62,071 nt of DNA, taken from positions 1-62,071 of the forward strand of contig DATKUA010000257.1 of the NCBI GenBank assembly GCA_035530855.1, given 5' to 3'. The notes under the pieces were generated by a model. The model saw only the letters and a list, made by a program, of their open reading frames with translations. It searched no databases and was not told the DNA's origin. The stretch's first letter is position 1. Each line of letters opens with the position of its first letter. This DNA is from Acidobacteriota bacterium. Lineage in GTDB: Bacteria > Acidobacteriota > DATKUA01. Below, in pieces: positions 31,360 through 41,736 of the stretch. Made by a program: the position numbers and the translations under genes.

Positions 31360-31388
31360 TTGACAGCCCCTCTTCTTAACATTATATT
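31360..31388 (+). promoter_or_regulatory. putative sigma-70 promoter of the ars operon
   Basis: TTGACA (31360-31365), 17-nt spacer, TATATT (31383-31388). Confidence 0.4.
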
Positions 31389-31407
31389 TCGTTATATGGC
31401 GAATTAT
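31384..31407. promoter_or_regulatory. imperfect inverted repeat, candidate ArsR operator
   Basis: ATATTTCG-N8-CGAATTAT, 7 of 8 positions complementary. Overlaps the -10 element just upstream of arsR. Confidence 0.3.
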
Positions 31408-31418
31408 AGGAGTAATAA

Positions 31419-31784
31419 TTGCGGCAACTGATGGCGGTCACAAAGGCCCTGGCCGACGAAAACAGGGTACGCATGCTCGCAGCATTGCGCCGTGGGGAAC
31501 TCTGTGTCTGCCAGCTCATCGCCCTGCTCGAGCTGGCTCCCTCAACGGTCTCCAAACACATGTCAATCCTCAAGAACGCCGGCCTTGTTGACAGCCGCAA
31601 GCAGGGGCGTTGGGTTTACTACCGGCTCGCTGACAAAGACACCAGTCCGGAGGCAAGCTCTGCGCTGAAATGGGCCATGAAACAGATCGAGGGTCTAGAG
31701 CAGATCGAACACGACAACGCCCGGCTAGAGGAGATTCTCAACACCGAACCGGAGATTTTATGCCGCTTGATCGAGGAAAAATGA
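31419..31784 (+). CDS. arsR: ArsR/SmtB family metalloregulator
   Basis: 121 aa. TTG start 6 nt after AGGAG. As(III)-binding 'ELCVCQL' and HTH 'STVSKHMSILKNAGLV'. Confidence 0.9.
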   Translation: MRQLMAVTKALADENRVRMLAALRRGELCVCQLIALLELAPSTVSKHMSILKNAGLVDSRKQGRWVYYRLADKDTSPEASSALKWAMKQIEGLEQIEHDNARLEEILNTEPEILCRLIEEK

Positions 31785-32198
31785 AAATCCTGTTTCTTTG
31801 CATCGGCAACTCCTGCCGCAGCTAGATGACTGAAGGCTGGGCACGCCATCTCAGGGGTGATGTGTTCAAGCCTTATTCCGCAGGAATGGTCAGCCATGGG
31901 CTCGATCCCTTTGGTGCATGTGATGAAGGAAGCCGGCGTCGATATCTCCGCTCAGGTGTCCAAAACCATCGATGCAGTTCTCGATGTCGACTTCGACTAT
32001 GTGATCACCGTCTGCGAAAACGCTCGCGAGAACTGCCCCGTGTTCCCGGGCAGGACCTCCATATTTCACAGGGAATTTGAAGATCCTCCAAGGCTGGCCG
32101 CCGACTTAAAAACCGAAGAAGAAGCCCTCGGGCACTACAGGCGTGTGCGAGACGAGATCCGTGCCTTTGTCGAGGGCTTTCCCGAAAATCTGGGGTGA
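31781..32198 (+). pseudogene. arsC: arsenate reductase, thioredoxin-coupled LMW-PTP type, disrupted by an in-frame TAG and a +1 frameshift
   Basis: The ATG at 31781 overlaps the arsR stop. 'MKILFLCIGNSCRS' is followed by TAG (31823-31825), then 'MTEGWARHL..YSAGMVSHGLDP'. The frame switches near 31907-31914 to 'LVHVMKEAGVDIS..VITVCENARENCPVFPG..RVRDEIRAF'. Confidence 0.8.
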
Positions 32199-32202
32199 GA
32201 AG

Positions 32203-33045
32203 ATGAAACGAAACGACGAGCAAACGGAAAAGATACGCCGCACTGTACGCGAGGGCTATGCCAAGGTCGCGCAGAGGAGTACCGGTTGCGGTTGCGGCTG
32301 CGGCTCTCCAAACCAATTGGCAAAAACCGTCGGCTATACCGATGATGACCTTGGAGCGCTGCCGGATGGCGCGAACATGGGGCTCTCCTGCGGTAATCCG
32401 ACAGCCCTGGCTTCGCTAAAACCGGGCGAGATAGTCCTCGACCTAGGCAGCGGGGCAGGATTCGACGTGTTTATCACAGCTTCGAAGGTCGGGCCTGAAG
32501 GCAGGGTGATCGGTGTGGACATGACACCCGATATGCTCGACCTGGCGAGAAAGAACGGCGCAGACTTCAGGAAGCGAACGGGGATGGATAACATCGAGTT
32601 CAGGCTTGGCGAAATCGAGCATCTGCCTGTCGCCGACAATAGCGTCGACGTGGTCATCTCCAACTGCGTCATCAATCTTTCACCGGATAAACAACAGGTT
32701 TGGAACGAGGTCGCACGCGTACTAAAGCCGGGCGGGCGAGTCGCTGTCTCCGATCTAGCGTTGCACCAGCCGTTGCCACAGGCGGTTCTTGATTCAGTGG
32801 AGGCACTGGTGAGCTGTGTAGCCGGTGCTGCGCTGATCGACGAAACCGATAGAATGGTCAGGCAGGCAGGCCTTGTGGACATCAACCTGGAATCCAAGAC
32901 TGAATACATCGACCAAATGGACGAGTGGAGCGACCCGCTTTACAGGGAGATCATTTCCCATCTTCCGAAGGGCAAAACTCTCGGCGACTACGTCACCAGC
33001 CTCTACGTGAACGCACGCAAGCCCGCGGGCTGTTGCTGCGGTTGA
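32203..33045 (+). CDS. arsM: arsenite S-adenosylmethionine methyltransferase
   Basis: 'VREGYAKVA', N-terminal Cys-rich 'GCGCGCG', 'LSCGNP', SAM motif 'VLDLGSGAGFD', 'SNCVINL', 'LVSCVAG'. ATG 32203 follows the arsC stop. Confidence 0.9.
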   Translation: MKRNDEQTEKIRRTVREGYAKVAQRSTGCGCGCGSPNQLAKTVGYTDDDLGALPDGANMGLSCGNPTALASLKPGEIVLDLGSGAGFDVFITASKVGPEGRVIGVDMTPDMLDLARKNGADFRKRTGMDNIEFRLGEIEHLPVADNSVDVVISNCVINLSPDKQQVWNEVARVLKPGGRVAVSDLALHQPLPQAVLDSVEALVSCVAGAALIDETDRMVRQAGLVDINLESKTEYIDQMDEWSDPLYREIISHLPKGKTLGDYVTSLYVNARKPAGCCCG

Positions 33046-33120
33046 GGCATTTACGAGCCGCGTAATCAAATCCAAGGCGTCGGCTACATACTCGTTAGAA
33101 AAATTTTGGGAGGGGAACCA

Positions 33121-34353
33121 ATGCAATCCGGTGAGGATAACGATAAGAAGGCAAAGGGCCTGGGATTTTTCGAAAAGTATCTGACCCTCTGGGTGGCGCT
33201 CTGTATCGTCGCGGGTATCGCCCTGGGCAGCGTCGCGCCGGGGGTGGCGAGTTATCTCGACAGCCTCTCGATAAATGTCGACGGCGCGCCGGTTGTCTCC
33301 ATTCCAATCGCTGTCTGCCTTTTCTTCATGATGTACCCGATCATGGTGAAAATCGATTTCGCCAAGGTGGTCCGGGCGGGTAGGAACATCAAACCGGTGG
33401 GGCTGACGCTGCTCGTCAATTGGGCGATTAAGCCGTTCACGATGTACGCTATCAGCTTGCTGTTTCTCGGAGTGTTATTCCTAGGGCTGATCGGACCCAA
33501 TGCAGTTGATCACGTAAAAATGCCGCTGGGTCTCGACTTCGAGGTCGGAGCGCAATACGGTTCCGGGACAGTTGTAATGGTGAACGGCGTCAAGACGCTC
33601 GAGGTGCCGTTGTGGCGCAGCTACCTCGCCGGCTGCATCCTCCTCGGGATCGCTCCTTGCACGGCGATGGTGCTGGTGTGGGGCTTCCTCGCGCGCGGCA
33701 ACGACGCCCACACGCTGGTGATGGTAGCCATCAACTCGCTGACGATGCTGCTCCTCTACGGCCCCCTTGGCGGATTCCTGCTCGGCGTCGGGCAACTGCC
33801 GGTGCCGTGGCAGGCGTTGCTGCTATCGATCAGCATCTACGTCGCTTTGCCTCTTGCAGCGGGTTACCTGACGCGAAAACTCATCATCGGAATTCTTGGC
33901 GAAAAGTGGTTCACCAGGAAATTCCTGCCGTTTCTGACGCCGGTAACGATTACCGCCTTGCTGCTCACGCTCGTGCTGCTGTTCTCCTTCAAGGGGGAGG
34001 TGATCCTCGCTAATCCGTTGACGATACTGTGGATCGCCATTCCGCTGTTCATCCAGACGCTGCTGATCTTCGCCATTACATACGGCTTGGCGAGGCTGAT
34101 GAAGTTGCCCTACGTCGACGCCGCACCCTCGGCAATGATCGGCGCCAGCAACCACTTCGAGGTCGCCATCGCGACAGCGACAATGCTCTTCGGGCTTTCT
34201 TCGGGCGCGGCGTTGGCCACCGTCGTGGGCGTGCTGATTGAGGTGCCGGTGATGCTGATGCTGGTCAGGATCTGCCTGAGAACGACTGGCTGGTTCGGCG
34301 CCGTTGGGGTTGAAGGGACCGCCGAAACGAGTTCGACAGCAATAATCGGATAG
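33121..34353 (+). CDS. arsB: ACR3 family arsenite efflux transporter
   Basis: '[11 protein letters not shown]', '[11 protein letters not shown]', conserved Cys in '[14 protein letters not shown]', '[11 protein letters not shown]'. ATG 33121 lies 6 nt after GGGAGGGG. Confidence 0.9.
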   Translation: MQSGEDNDKKAKGLGFFEKYLTLWVALCIVAGIALGSVAPGVASYLDSLSINVDGAPVVSIPIAVCLFFMMYPIMVKIDFAKVVRAGRNIKPVGLTLLVNWAIKPFTMYAISLLFLGVLFLGLIGPNAVDHVKMPLGLDFEVGAQYGSGTVVMVNGVKTLEVPLWRSYLAGCILLGIAPCTAMVLVWGFLARGNDAHTLVMVAINSLTMLLLYGPLGGFLLGVGQLPVPWQALLLSISIYVALPLAAGYLTRKLIIGILGEKWFTRKFLPFLTPVTITALLLTLVLLFSFKGEVILANPLTILWIAIPLFIQTLLIFAITYGLARLMKLPYVDAAPSAMIGASNHFEVAIATATMLFGLSSGAALATVVGVLIEVPVMLMLVRICLRTTGWFGAVGVEGTAETSSTAIIG

Positions 34354-34410
34354 ATATCTTCCTCACCCGCCGATATCCTGATTCCGAAGTGATTAGGAGA
34401 AGGCACCTTG

Positions 34411-35472
34411 ATGGAAATGAGATATTGGCGGGCGTTTCTTGAGCGCGACGGCGACTTCGACGGGCTGTTCTATTTAGCCGTTAAGACAACCGGTGTTTTC
34501 TGCCGGCCGTCATGCCCGGCAAGAAGACCAAAGCGTGAAAACGTAATTTTCTTCAGGACTTCCGGGGAAGCGAAGACAGCCGGCTTCAGGGCATGCAAGC
34601 GATGCGGTCCCGACGATCCCGGTGCTGTATCGGCCGGCGCGAAGATTGTGCTCAAGGCATGTGAGCTGATCGATGCCGACGTCGATGGAATACCATCCCT
34701 GCAGGCCCTTGAAGAACAACTCGACGTTAGCCGCTACCATCTCTTACGGGTATTCAAGAAACTTCTTGGTATAACGCCACGTCAATACGCCGATGCCCAA
34801 CGAGTCGAGAGCCTCAAAACAGAACTGCGTGACGGCAGAAACGTCGCCGACGCGATCTACGGCGCCGGTTACGGCTCGAGCAGCCGCGTTTACGAGAAGT
34901 CGTCGGAGCAGTTGGGCATGACACCGGATCAGTACCGGCGCGGCGGCTCGCAACAGAACATAGGTTATACCATTGTCGAATCGTCGCTCGGCACCCTGCT
35001 TCTCGCGGCAACGGCCAGAGGGATTTGCCGCATACGGCTGGGAGAGGCGAAAAAGGAAATGACCGCAGCTCTGAGGCAGGAGTTCCACTCTGCCGTAATC
35101 GAACGCGACGATAAAGGACTCAAAGTCTGGGTGGAAGAAGTTCTGGCGAGAATTGATGGACACACTCCCAGCGTCGAGCTCCCCTCCGATGTCAGAGCTA
35201 CAGCCTTCCAGCGCAGAGTGTGGGAAGAACTCCGCTCAATACCTTTCGGTGAAATCCGGACCTATTCTGATGTTGCCGCGGCTATCGGTCGCCCCAGGGC
35301 TGTTCGTGCCGTCGCCAACGCATGCGCGGGCAATCCGGTGGCCATAGTCGTTCCGTGTCACCGCGTGGTGCGCAAGGACGGCACCATCGGCGGCTACCGC
35401 TGGGGAGTGGATCGTAAAGAAGAACTCCTGAGCAGAGAAAGCAAGAAATCACCGTGCAGTGAGCGTACGTAA
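34411..35472 (+). CDS. ada: bifunctional Ada: methylphosphotriester-DNA methyltransferase / AraC-type regulator / O6-methylguanine-DNA methyltransferase
   Basis: N-terminal Zn-Cys 'FCRPSCPARRPKRENV..CKRC', AraC HTH region, C-terminal 'IVVPCHRVV' active site. Confidence 0.9.
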   Translation: MEMRYWRAFLERDGDFDGLFYLAVKTTGVFCRPSCPARRPKRENVIFFRTSGEAKTAGFRACKRCGPDDPGAVSAGAKIVLKACELIDADVDGIPSLQALEEQLDVSRYHLLRVFKKLLGITPRQYADAQRVESLKTELRDGRNVADAIYGAGYGSSSRVYEKSSEQLGMTPDQYRRGGSQQNIGYTIVESSLGTLLLAATARGICRIRLGEAKKEMTAALRQEFHSAVIERDDKGLKVWVEEVLARIDGHTPSVELPSDVRATAFQRRVWEELRSIPFGEIRTYSDVAAAIGRPRAVRAVANACAGNPVAIVVPCHRVVRKDGTIGGYRWGVDRKEELLSRESKKSPCSERT

Positions 35473-35631
35473 TCCACTTCTACACGGCCGAGCCTGATCT
35501 GGCTATTCTGCTTGGTGAACTCGATCTGGTTCGCAACACGATTCTAAAATAACTTAACCGGAAGCCGCTTCCCGCCTTGCGGCATTTGTCCGCATTCGCT
35601 AGCATATGCGCCTGTTGACTAGGAGAAACTG

Positions 35632-36861
35632 ATGAATCCTGATGAGATGACGCTCGAAGAGCAGCTCGATTACCTGGAGCGCGGTTCCGTCGACCTGATC
35701 ACGCGCGATGACCTCAAGGAGCGCCTGGCTGAGGCCAAAAAGGAAGGACGCCGACTGAAAGTGAAGGTCGGCTTCGACCCCACTGCTCCGGACCTGCACC
35801 TCGGCCACACTGTCATCCTGCGCAAGATGCGCCACTTCCAGGACCTCGGCCACGACGTCGTCTTCCTGATCGGCGACTTCACCGGCATGATCGGCGATCC
35901 CAGCGGTCGCAACAAGCTGCGCCCGCCGATGAGCCGCGAGGAACTGGAGGCCAACGCCGAGACTTACAAGGAGCAGGTGTTCAAGATTCTCGATCCCGAG
36001 CGCACGATCGTCGACTTCAACTCCCGCTGGCTCGGGGAGCTCGGCGCCGAGGGTTTCATCAAGCTGGCCGCGCGCTACACGGTCGCCCGCATGCTCGAGC
36101 GCGACGACTTCGAAAACCGCTACAAGAGCAACGTACCGATCTTCATGCACGAAATTCTCTATCCGCTCGCTCAGGCTTACGATTCGGTGGCGCTCGAATG
36201 CGATGTCGAGATGGGTGGCACCGACCAGAAATTCAACCTGCTGGTCGGGCGCGACATCATGCGCGAATACGACCTCAAGCCGCAGATTGTGCTGACGGTG
36301 CCGTTGCTGGAAGGCCTCGACGGCCTCGAGAAGATGAGCAAGAGCTACGGAAACTATGTCGGCATCAACGAGGCACCGGGTGAGATGTTCGGCAAGCTGA
36401 TGAGCATCAGCGACGAGATGATGTGGCGCTATTACGAACTGCTGACCGACCTAGCGATGGACGAGATCGAAGGGATGCGGCGCGAAGCGGCGATGGGCGA
36501 ATTCAATCCGATGCAGGCCAAGATCAGGCTGGCGAAGTTGATCATCGGCGACTACCACGGTGCTGCCGCCGCGAAAGAGGCCGAGGAGGCCTTCTCCAGT
36601 ACCTTCAGCAAGCGTCAGGTGCCCGACGACATCCCCGAAACCGCGATCAAAGCCGGTGTAGAACTCTGGCTCATTCAGCTTCTGAGCGACAACGGCCTGG
36701 TCGCCAGCAAGGGCGAGGGCCGGAGGCTGGTGCGCCAGGGGGCTGTTTCCATCGACGGCGATAAGGTGAGCGACGAGGAACTGCGCCTGATCCTTAAAGC
36801 CGGCGATGAGTTGGTGATCAAGGTCGGCAAACGCCGCTGGCTGAAAGTTACCGCAGGATAA
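35632..36861 (+). CDS. tyrS: tyrosine--tRNA ligase
   Basis: 409 aa. HIGH-type 'PDLHLGH', 'KMSKS', C-terminal S4-like domain. Confidence 0.95.
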   Translation: MNPDEMTLEEQLDYLERGSVDLITRDDLKERLAEAKKEGRRLKVKVGFDPTAPDLHLGHTVILRKMRHFQDLGHDVVFLIGDFTGMIGDPSGRNKLRPPMSREELEANAETYKEQVFKILDPERTIVDFNSRWLGELGAEGFIKLAARYTVARMLERDDFENRYKSNVPIFMHEILYPLAQAYDSVALECDVEMGGTDQKFNLLVGRDIMREYDLKPQIVLTVPLLEGLDGLEKMSKSYGNYVGINEAPGEMFGKLMSISDEMMWRYYELLTDLAMDEIEGMRREAAMGEFNPMQAKIRLAKLIIGDYHGAAAAKEAEEAFSSTFSKRQVPDDIPETAIKAGVELWLIQLLSDNGLVASKGEGRRLVRQGAVSIDGDKVSDEELRLILKAGDELVIKVGKRRWLKVTAG

Positions 36862-36895
36862 AAAGAAACCCGCTTGCGCGGGCTTCCTTTCCTTC
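36859..36895. terminator. candidate bidirectional intrinsic terminator between convergent tyrS and the lipoprotein gene
   Basis: Hairpin CCCGC-TTGC-GCGGG (36869-36882), flanked by an A-run on the plus strand (a T-run on the minus strand) and a pyrimidine/T-rich tract downstream. The stem is short. Confidence 0.45.
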
Positions 36896-36933
36896 TTCGC
36901 TGGACTGCTATTTATTGTGATTCCCGGGAGCCG

Positions 36934-37944
36934 TTAGTACTCCTCGACATCCTCGGATTCCTCTTCCATCGGTTTGGGCATCATACTCATAATATCGTCG
37001 TAGGTCAGCTTGATGCCGATCTCAAGGACGTTGCCACTTGCTGCAAAACGGAGCTTCTCCGCCAATCCGACTATTTTCTCCGGATCAGGTGCGGGGCCGG
37101 GAGTCATCAAGCCCACAGATCCGGCACCCATCGTTGCCAGAGCTGTTTTCTGAGAGTTGAAGAAGTCGGCCAACTTGCCCACGTCGGCGCCCTCGCCGAA
37201 CGCCATCTTGATTTTCAACTCGAAGTCGTCACGGAAATAGATCGAACCGCCAGCCGCCGTTACCTTCTGCAGCGTCTCGGCTGCCTCTGGGCCGCCATCT
37301 ATTTTGGCAAGCATCGCACCGCCCATGCCGGCGACCATCGAGATGTCGCCCCAGTAAACACCGTAAATGCTTGCGCCGGTATCGATGAGGCCACTCGCCT
37401 GCTTGTATTTCTCGTCATCAGCAAGCTTGTTCTCGGCCGCCAAGACAGCCTCGAGACCTTTCATTGAACCCATCAGCTTGACGCCGGAGTGTTCCATCAG
37501 GTTCCAATCGGAGCCCTTTCTGGTCCAGATCTTGGTTCCGTCCTTTTCAGTTTCCTCGAATTCCGCCCCGGTGTTCTCCTTCTCGGCCTCCATCAGCTTT
37601 TCGATGGTCACTGCAGCATCCAGCACTCCGAGGAAGTCCTGCATGTCGGCGGACATGAAAACCGTCATGCCGGCGATTTCATCCGGCTTTAGGCCCATCT
37701 CTTTGGCAGAGTTGTCGAACTGACCTTTCATCATCTGGGCTTGAGCGACCTCGGATTCCTCAGTGAATTTCTTGAAGATGCCCGAATTGTAGATCTGCGC
37801 CGGATGGAAGCCGAAAATCCCTATGTAATCGCCCGCCGGCAACATTGTCGCAACTTGGGCCGTGCTGCCGCCGCCCGCTCCTCCGCATGAGGCAGCCACG
37901 ACAACGGCCAGGACACCTATGGCCGCGCAAATGAACTTACGCAT
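36934..37944 (-). CDS. hypothetical Met-rich lipoprotein
   Basis: 336 aa. Lipoprotein signal 'AVVVAASCGG'. I count 22 Met. Acidic C-terminus. No family recognised. Confidence 0.6.
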   Translation of the reverse strand: MRKFICAAIGVLAVVVAASCGGAGGGSTAQVATMLPAGDYIGIFGFHPAQIYNSGIFKKFTEESEVAQAQMMKGQFDNSAKEMGLKPDEIAGMTVFMSADMQDFLGVLDAAVTIEKLMEAEKENTGAEFEETEKDGTKIWTRKGSDWNLMEHSGVKLMGSMKGLEAVLAAENKLADDEKYKQASGLIDTGASIYGVYWGDISMVAGMGGAMLAKIDGGPEAAETLQKVTAAGGSIYFRDDFELKIKMAFGEGADVGKLADFFNSQKTALATMGAGSVGLMTPGPAPDPEKIVGLAEKLRFAASGNVLEIGIKLTYDDIMSMMPKPMEEESEDVEEY

Positions 37945-38065
37945 AATATCTCTCCTCCTGGTTATCCCCTGTTAGTTGTTGGCGCATGGTAGAGCGGAGA
38001 TCAGTGTAAAGTCAAAGAATTCAGCGAATTTAAGCTCAACGATAAAAGGGAAGTGCGTTTGAACA

Positions 38066-38572
38066 TCAATACTCCCCCTCGCCCCTACGCTCTTCACAGC
38101 GAACGTTGATGGTGGCAGTATCGCCCCGCGCCACATCAAACCTCGCCTCCCAGCGACCCCTGCTGTCCCAGACCTCCAGATAACGATTGCCTGCCCTGAC
38201 AGCAACTTGCAGCCGGCCGTCGCCACCGACCTGCCCGACATAACGGCCGTCGATGTAGCACCTCACGGCACCGGCAAAACAGTCCCGCGGCCCCTGCAGG
38301 AGAACCAGGAGCGTGGCATCGCCGACTGCGGCGGGGATTCCACGCCTTTCGCTGGACTCGCTTTCAGCCGACGAACCTGCTGTTTCCCGCGCTGATCGAG
38401 CCGTGGATTCTGCCTGCTTCTGAGCTGCCGCTCTCCGGGGTGCCGAGATCTCGCTACGCTCGGGATTCGGCGGCGCGGTTTGCTTCAGAGCCTCAGTCCA
38501 GGTCTCCGACTGCTCGCAGGCGACCGCAAGTAATAGCATCAGCACCGTTAACGATCCAACAGCATACCGCAT
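38066..38572 (-). CDS. hypothetical lipoprotein with PEGA-like C-terminal beta domain
   Basis: 168 aa. Signal plus lipobox 'LLLAVAC'. Low-complexity linker, then 'VRCYIDGRYVGQV..LQVAVRAGNRYLEV'. Confidence 0.5.
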   Translation of the reverse strand: MRYAVGSLTVLMLLLAVACEQSETWTEALKQTAPPNPERSEISAPRRAAAQKQAESTARSARETAGSSAESESSERRGIPAAVGDATLLVLLQGPRDCFAGAVRCYIDGRYVGQVGGDGRLQVAVRAGNRYLEVWDSRGRWEARFDVARGDTATINVRCEERRGEGEY

Positions 38573-38703
38573 GCGAAACTCCCGGAAACAATTAGTGTGG
38601 AGATATTATAGCTTTGTGGCTCAATGCGCGCCAACATGGCCTTGCTTTCCCGCACTACTGAAATTAGTCTTTTGTGCAAGCCGGAAAAGGCGGAGGGGAA
38701 AAA

Positions 38704-39780
38704 GTGAGTGATAAGGAAAAGCAACGATTGGTGATTGAGGCCCTCAAGAAAGTACCACATCCCGAGAAGGGAGGCGACCTCGTCAGCATGGGCTATATCA
38801 AGAATCTGCGCGTTGAAGGTGACGTAGCAACGTTCGACCTCGCGTTGAAAGCGCACAAGTGTAAATTCAGGGAGCAGCTCAAGAAAGATACCGAGGAGGC
38901 CGCAAAATCCGTCGACGGCATTTCGGCGGTTACGGTCAACATTATAGAGCAGAGCGAACAGCAGCAGGCGCGCGGCAAGGATCCTTGGGCAGACCGTGCC
39001 CCGATACCGGGCGTGAAGAAAGTGGTTGCCGTGGCCAGCGGAAAAGGCGGTGTCGGCAAGTCCACGGTCGCGGTAAATCTTGCTGTCGCTCTGGTCGGTG
39101 AAGGGCTGCGCGTCGGCTTGCTGGATGCCGATATTTACGGCCCGAGCGTGGCGATGATGATGGGCGTGCCAGTGGGCGAGCAAATCAACGTGCTGGGCGA
39201 CAAGATCATCCCGCTCGAGCGCCACGGCGTCAAAATGATGAGCGTGGCATTCCTGATGGAAGAAAAGAGCGCTCCTGTGATCTGGCGCGGGCCGATGGTT
39301 GCCAACATGGTCAAGCAGCTTCTGCGCCAGGTGCTGTGGGGAGCGCTGGACGTCATCGTCGTCGACCTCCCGCCCGGGACCGGCGACTCGCAGCTTACGC
39401 TGGTGCAAACCGTCCCGCTCGACGGCGCGGTGATCGTCACAACGCCCCAGCACATCGCTGCGCTCGATGCCTCCAGGGGGATCGAGATGTTCCGCAGGCT
39501 CGAGGTGCCGGTAATCGGTCTTGTCGAAAATATGAGTAACTTCGTCTGCCCCGATTGCGGAGCGAAACATCATCTCTTCCCGCAAGGCGGCATCGAACAG
39601 GTGGTGCATGACTACGACGTTGACGTGATTGCAACCGTCCCGATCGAACCGGACATCGGCACACACGGCGACAGCGGAATCCCAACGATCGTGGCGACGC
39701 CCGACTCTCTGGCCGCCAAAGCGATGCGCGAGGCAGCCGCAAAGGTCATATCAGCAATCATTCCTGAGCGTAATGTCTAG
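38704..39780 (+). CDS. apbC: Mrp/NBP35 family iron-sulfur cluster carrier ATPase
   Basis: N-terminal DUF59-like segment, Walker A 'ASGKGGVGKST', 'CPDCG' Fe-S ligand motif. GTG 38704 (5 nt after GGAGGGG) is preferred to GTG 38674. Confidence 0.9.
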   Translation: MSDKEKQRLVIEALKKVPHPEKGGDLVSMGYIKNLRVEGDVATFDLALKAHKCKFREQLKKDTEEAAKSVDGISAVTVNIIEQSEQQQARGKDPWADRAPIPGVKKVVAVASGKGGVGKSTVAVNLAVALVGEGLRVGLLDADIYGPSVAMMMGVPVGEQINVLGDKIIPLERHGVKMMSVAFLMEEKSAPVIWRGPMVANMVKQLLRQVLWGALDVIVVDLPPGTGDSQLTLVQTVPLDGAVIVTTPQHIAALDASRGIEMFRRLEVPVIGLVENMSNFVCPDCGAKHHLFPQGGIEQVVHDYDVDVIATVPIEPDIGTHGDSGIPTIVATPDSLAAKAMREAAAKVISAIIPERNV

Positions 39781-39853
39781 GTGGCTCAACTTGAAATTTA
39801 GACCCAGATGTGCTATTAATGTCTTTACTTGCAACGTTTACAACAATTCATAG

Positions 39854-41170
<1,317 letters not shown>

Positions 41171-41173
41171 GCA

Positions 41174-41548
41174 ATGGACAAACAGCAGGACCCGCAAGCC
41201 GCGCCGAGGCAAACGCTGTTCTCCCGCGTGGCGTGGATCCTGCTGATGCTGCTTTTCCTCGCCGCTATTATCCTCGACGCATTCTTCAGCGAGTCGGGAA
41301 TCATCAAAATTTGGGAACTCGAACGGGAGCACTTGCAGCTTTCGAGCGAGGTGAAGAAACTCGAACGTGACAACGCTGAGCTGGAGGCTCTGATCGAGGC
41401 GTTGCGCAGCGATCCCGAAGAGATCGAAAGGGTCGCACGCGAAGAGTTGGGATTCGCACGGCCGGGCGAGGAAGTTTTCCTTTTTCCTCCCGATGAAGAG
41501 GAACGAATTAGTGAAAATAAGGCGGTTGAAGCCTCAGCCGGTCAGTAG
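41174..41548 (+). CDS. ftsB: septum formation initiator family protein (FtsB/DivIC-like)
   Basis: 124 aa. One TM helix, a coiled coil and 'EEIERVAREELGFARPGEEVF'. The position after eno is typical. Confidence 0.75.
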   Translation: MDKQQDPQAAPRQTLFSRVAWILLMLLFLAAIILDAFFSESGIIKIWELEREHLQLSSEVKKLERDNAELEALIEALRSDPEEIERVAREELGFARPGEEVFLFPPDEEERISENKAVEASAGQ

Positions 41549-41550
41549 CC

Positions 41551-41736
41551 CTAGCGGTGCTTGAGGATAAAATAGAAGCCGCCGATTATCAGGAAAACAG
41601 GCCAGATCTTGTCCATCCCAAGATCGAGATTCAGACCGAACCAGTCGTACCTTTCGCCAAGGAATATTATGCCGATGGCAATCAGAATCAAACCGATCAG
41701 CATACCGCTCTGGCGATCGTCGAGTTTATGACTCAT
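41551..41736 (-). CDS. small two-TM membrane protein
   Basis: 61 aa with two hydrophobic helices. Its start overlaps the ubiE stop. Confidence 0.5.
   Translation of the reverse strand: MSHKLDDRQSGMLIGLILIAIGIIFLGERYDWFGLNLDLGMDKIWPVFLIIGGFYFILKHR

Noticed and set aside
31823-31825. The TAG at the Gln position of arsC could reflect stop-codon reassignment (TAG read as Gln)
   Set aside because: TAG clearly terminates other well-defined genes here (purM at 30719-30721, purS, purL, pgsA). arsC also carries an independent frameshift, so a pseudogene or sequencing error is the simpler explanation.
32284-32304. Tandem hexanucleotide repeat GGTTGC GGTTGC GGCTGC GGC
   Set aside because: It simply encodes the Gly-Cys repeat 'GCGCGCG' in the Cys-rich N-terminus of ArsM. 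It is not a CRISPR or VNTR-type element.
33043-33120. arsM and ACR3 share one reading frame, separated only by a single TGA after '..GCCCG'. With selB in the window, this raised the idea of a Sec-containing C-terminus or an ArsM-ACR3 readthrough fusion.
   Set aside because: Only a weak 5-bp stem (AGCCG..CGGCT) follows the TGA, so it is not SECIS-like. A strong GGGAGGGG RBS plus ATG at 33121 supports independent initiation. Twenty stop-free codons in GC-rich DNA are easily due to chance.
38548-39666. Long antisense ORFs opposite real genes: 38548-39666 vs mrp, and similarly 9626-10669, 12186-13070, 22012-22770, 30350-31228, 49454-50491, 54389-55402, 56496-57452, 59609-60610
   Set aside because: In each case the opposite strand encodes a protein with unambiguous catalytic motifs, while the antisense product is compositionally biased and motif-free.
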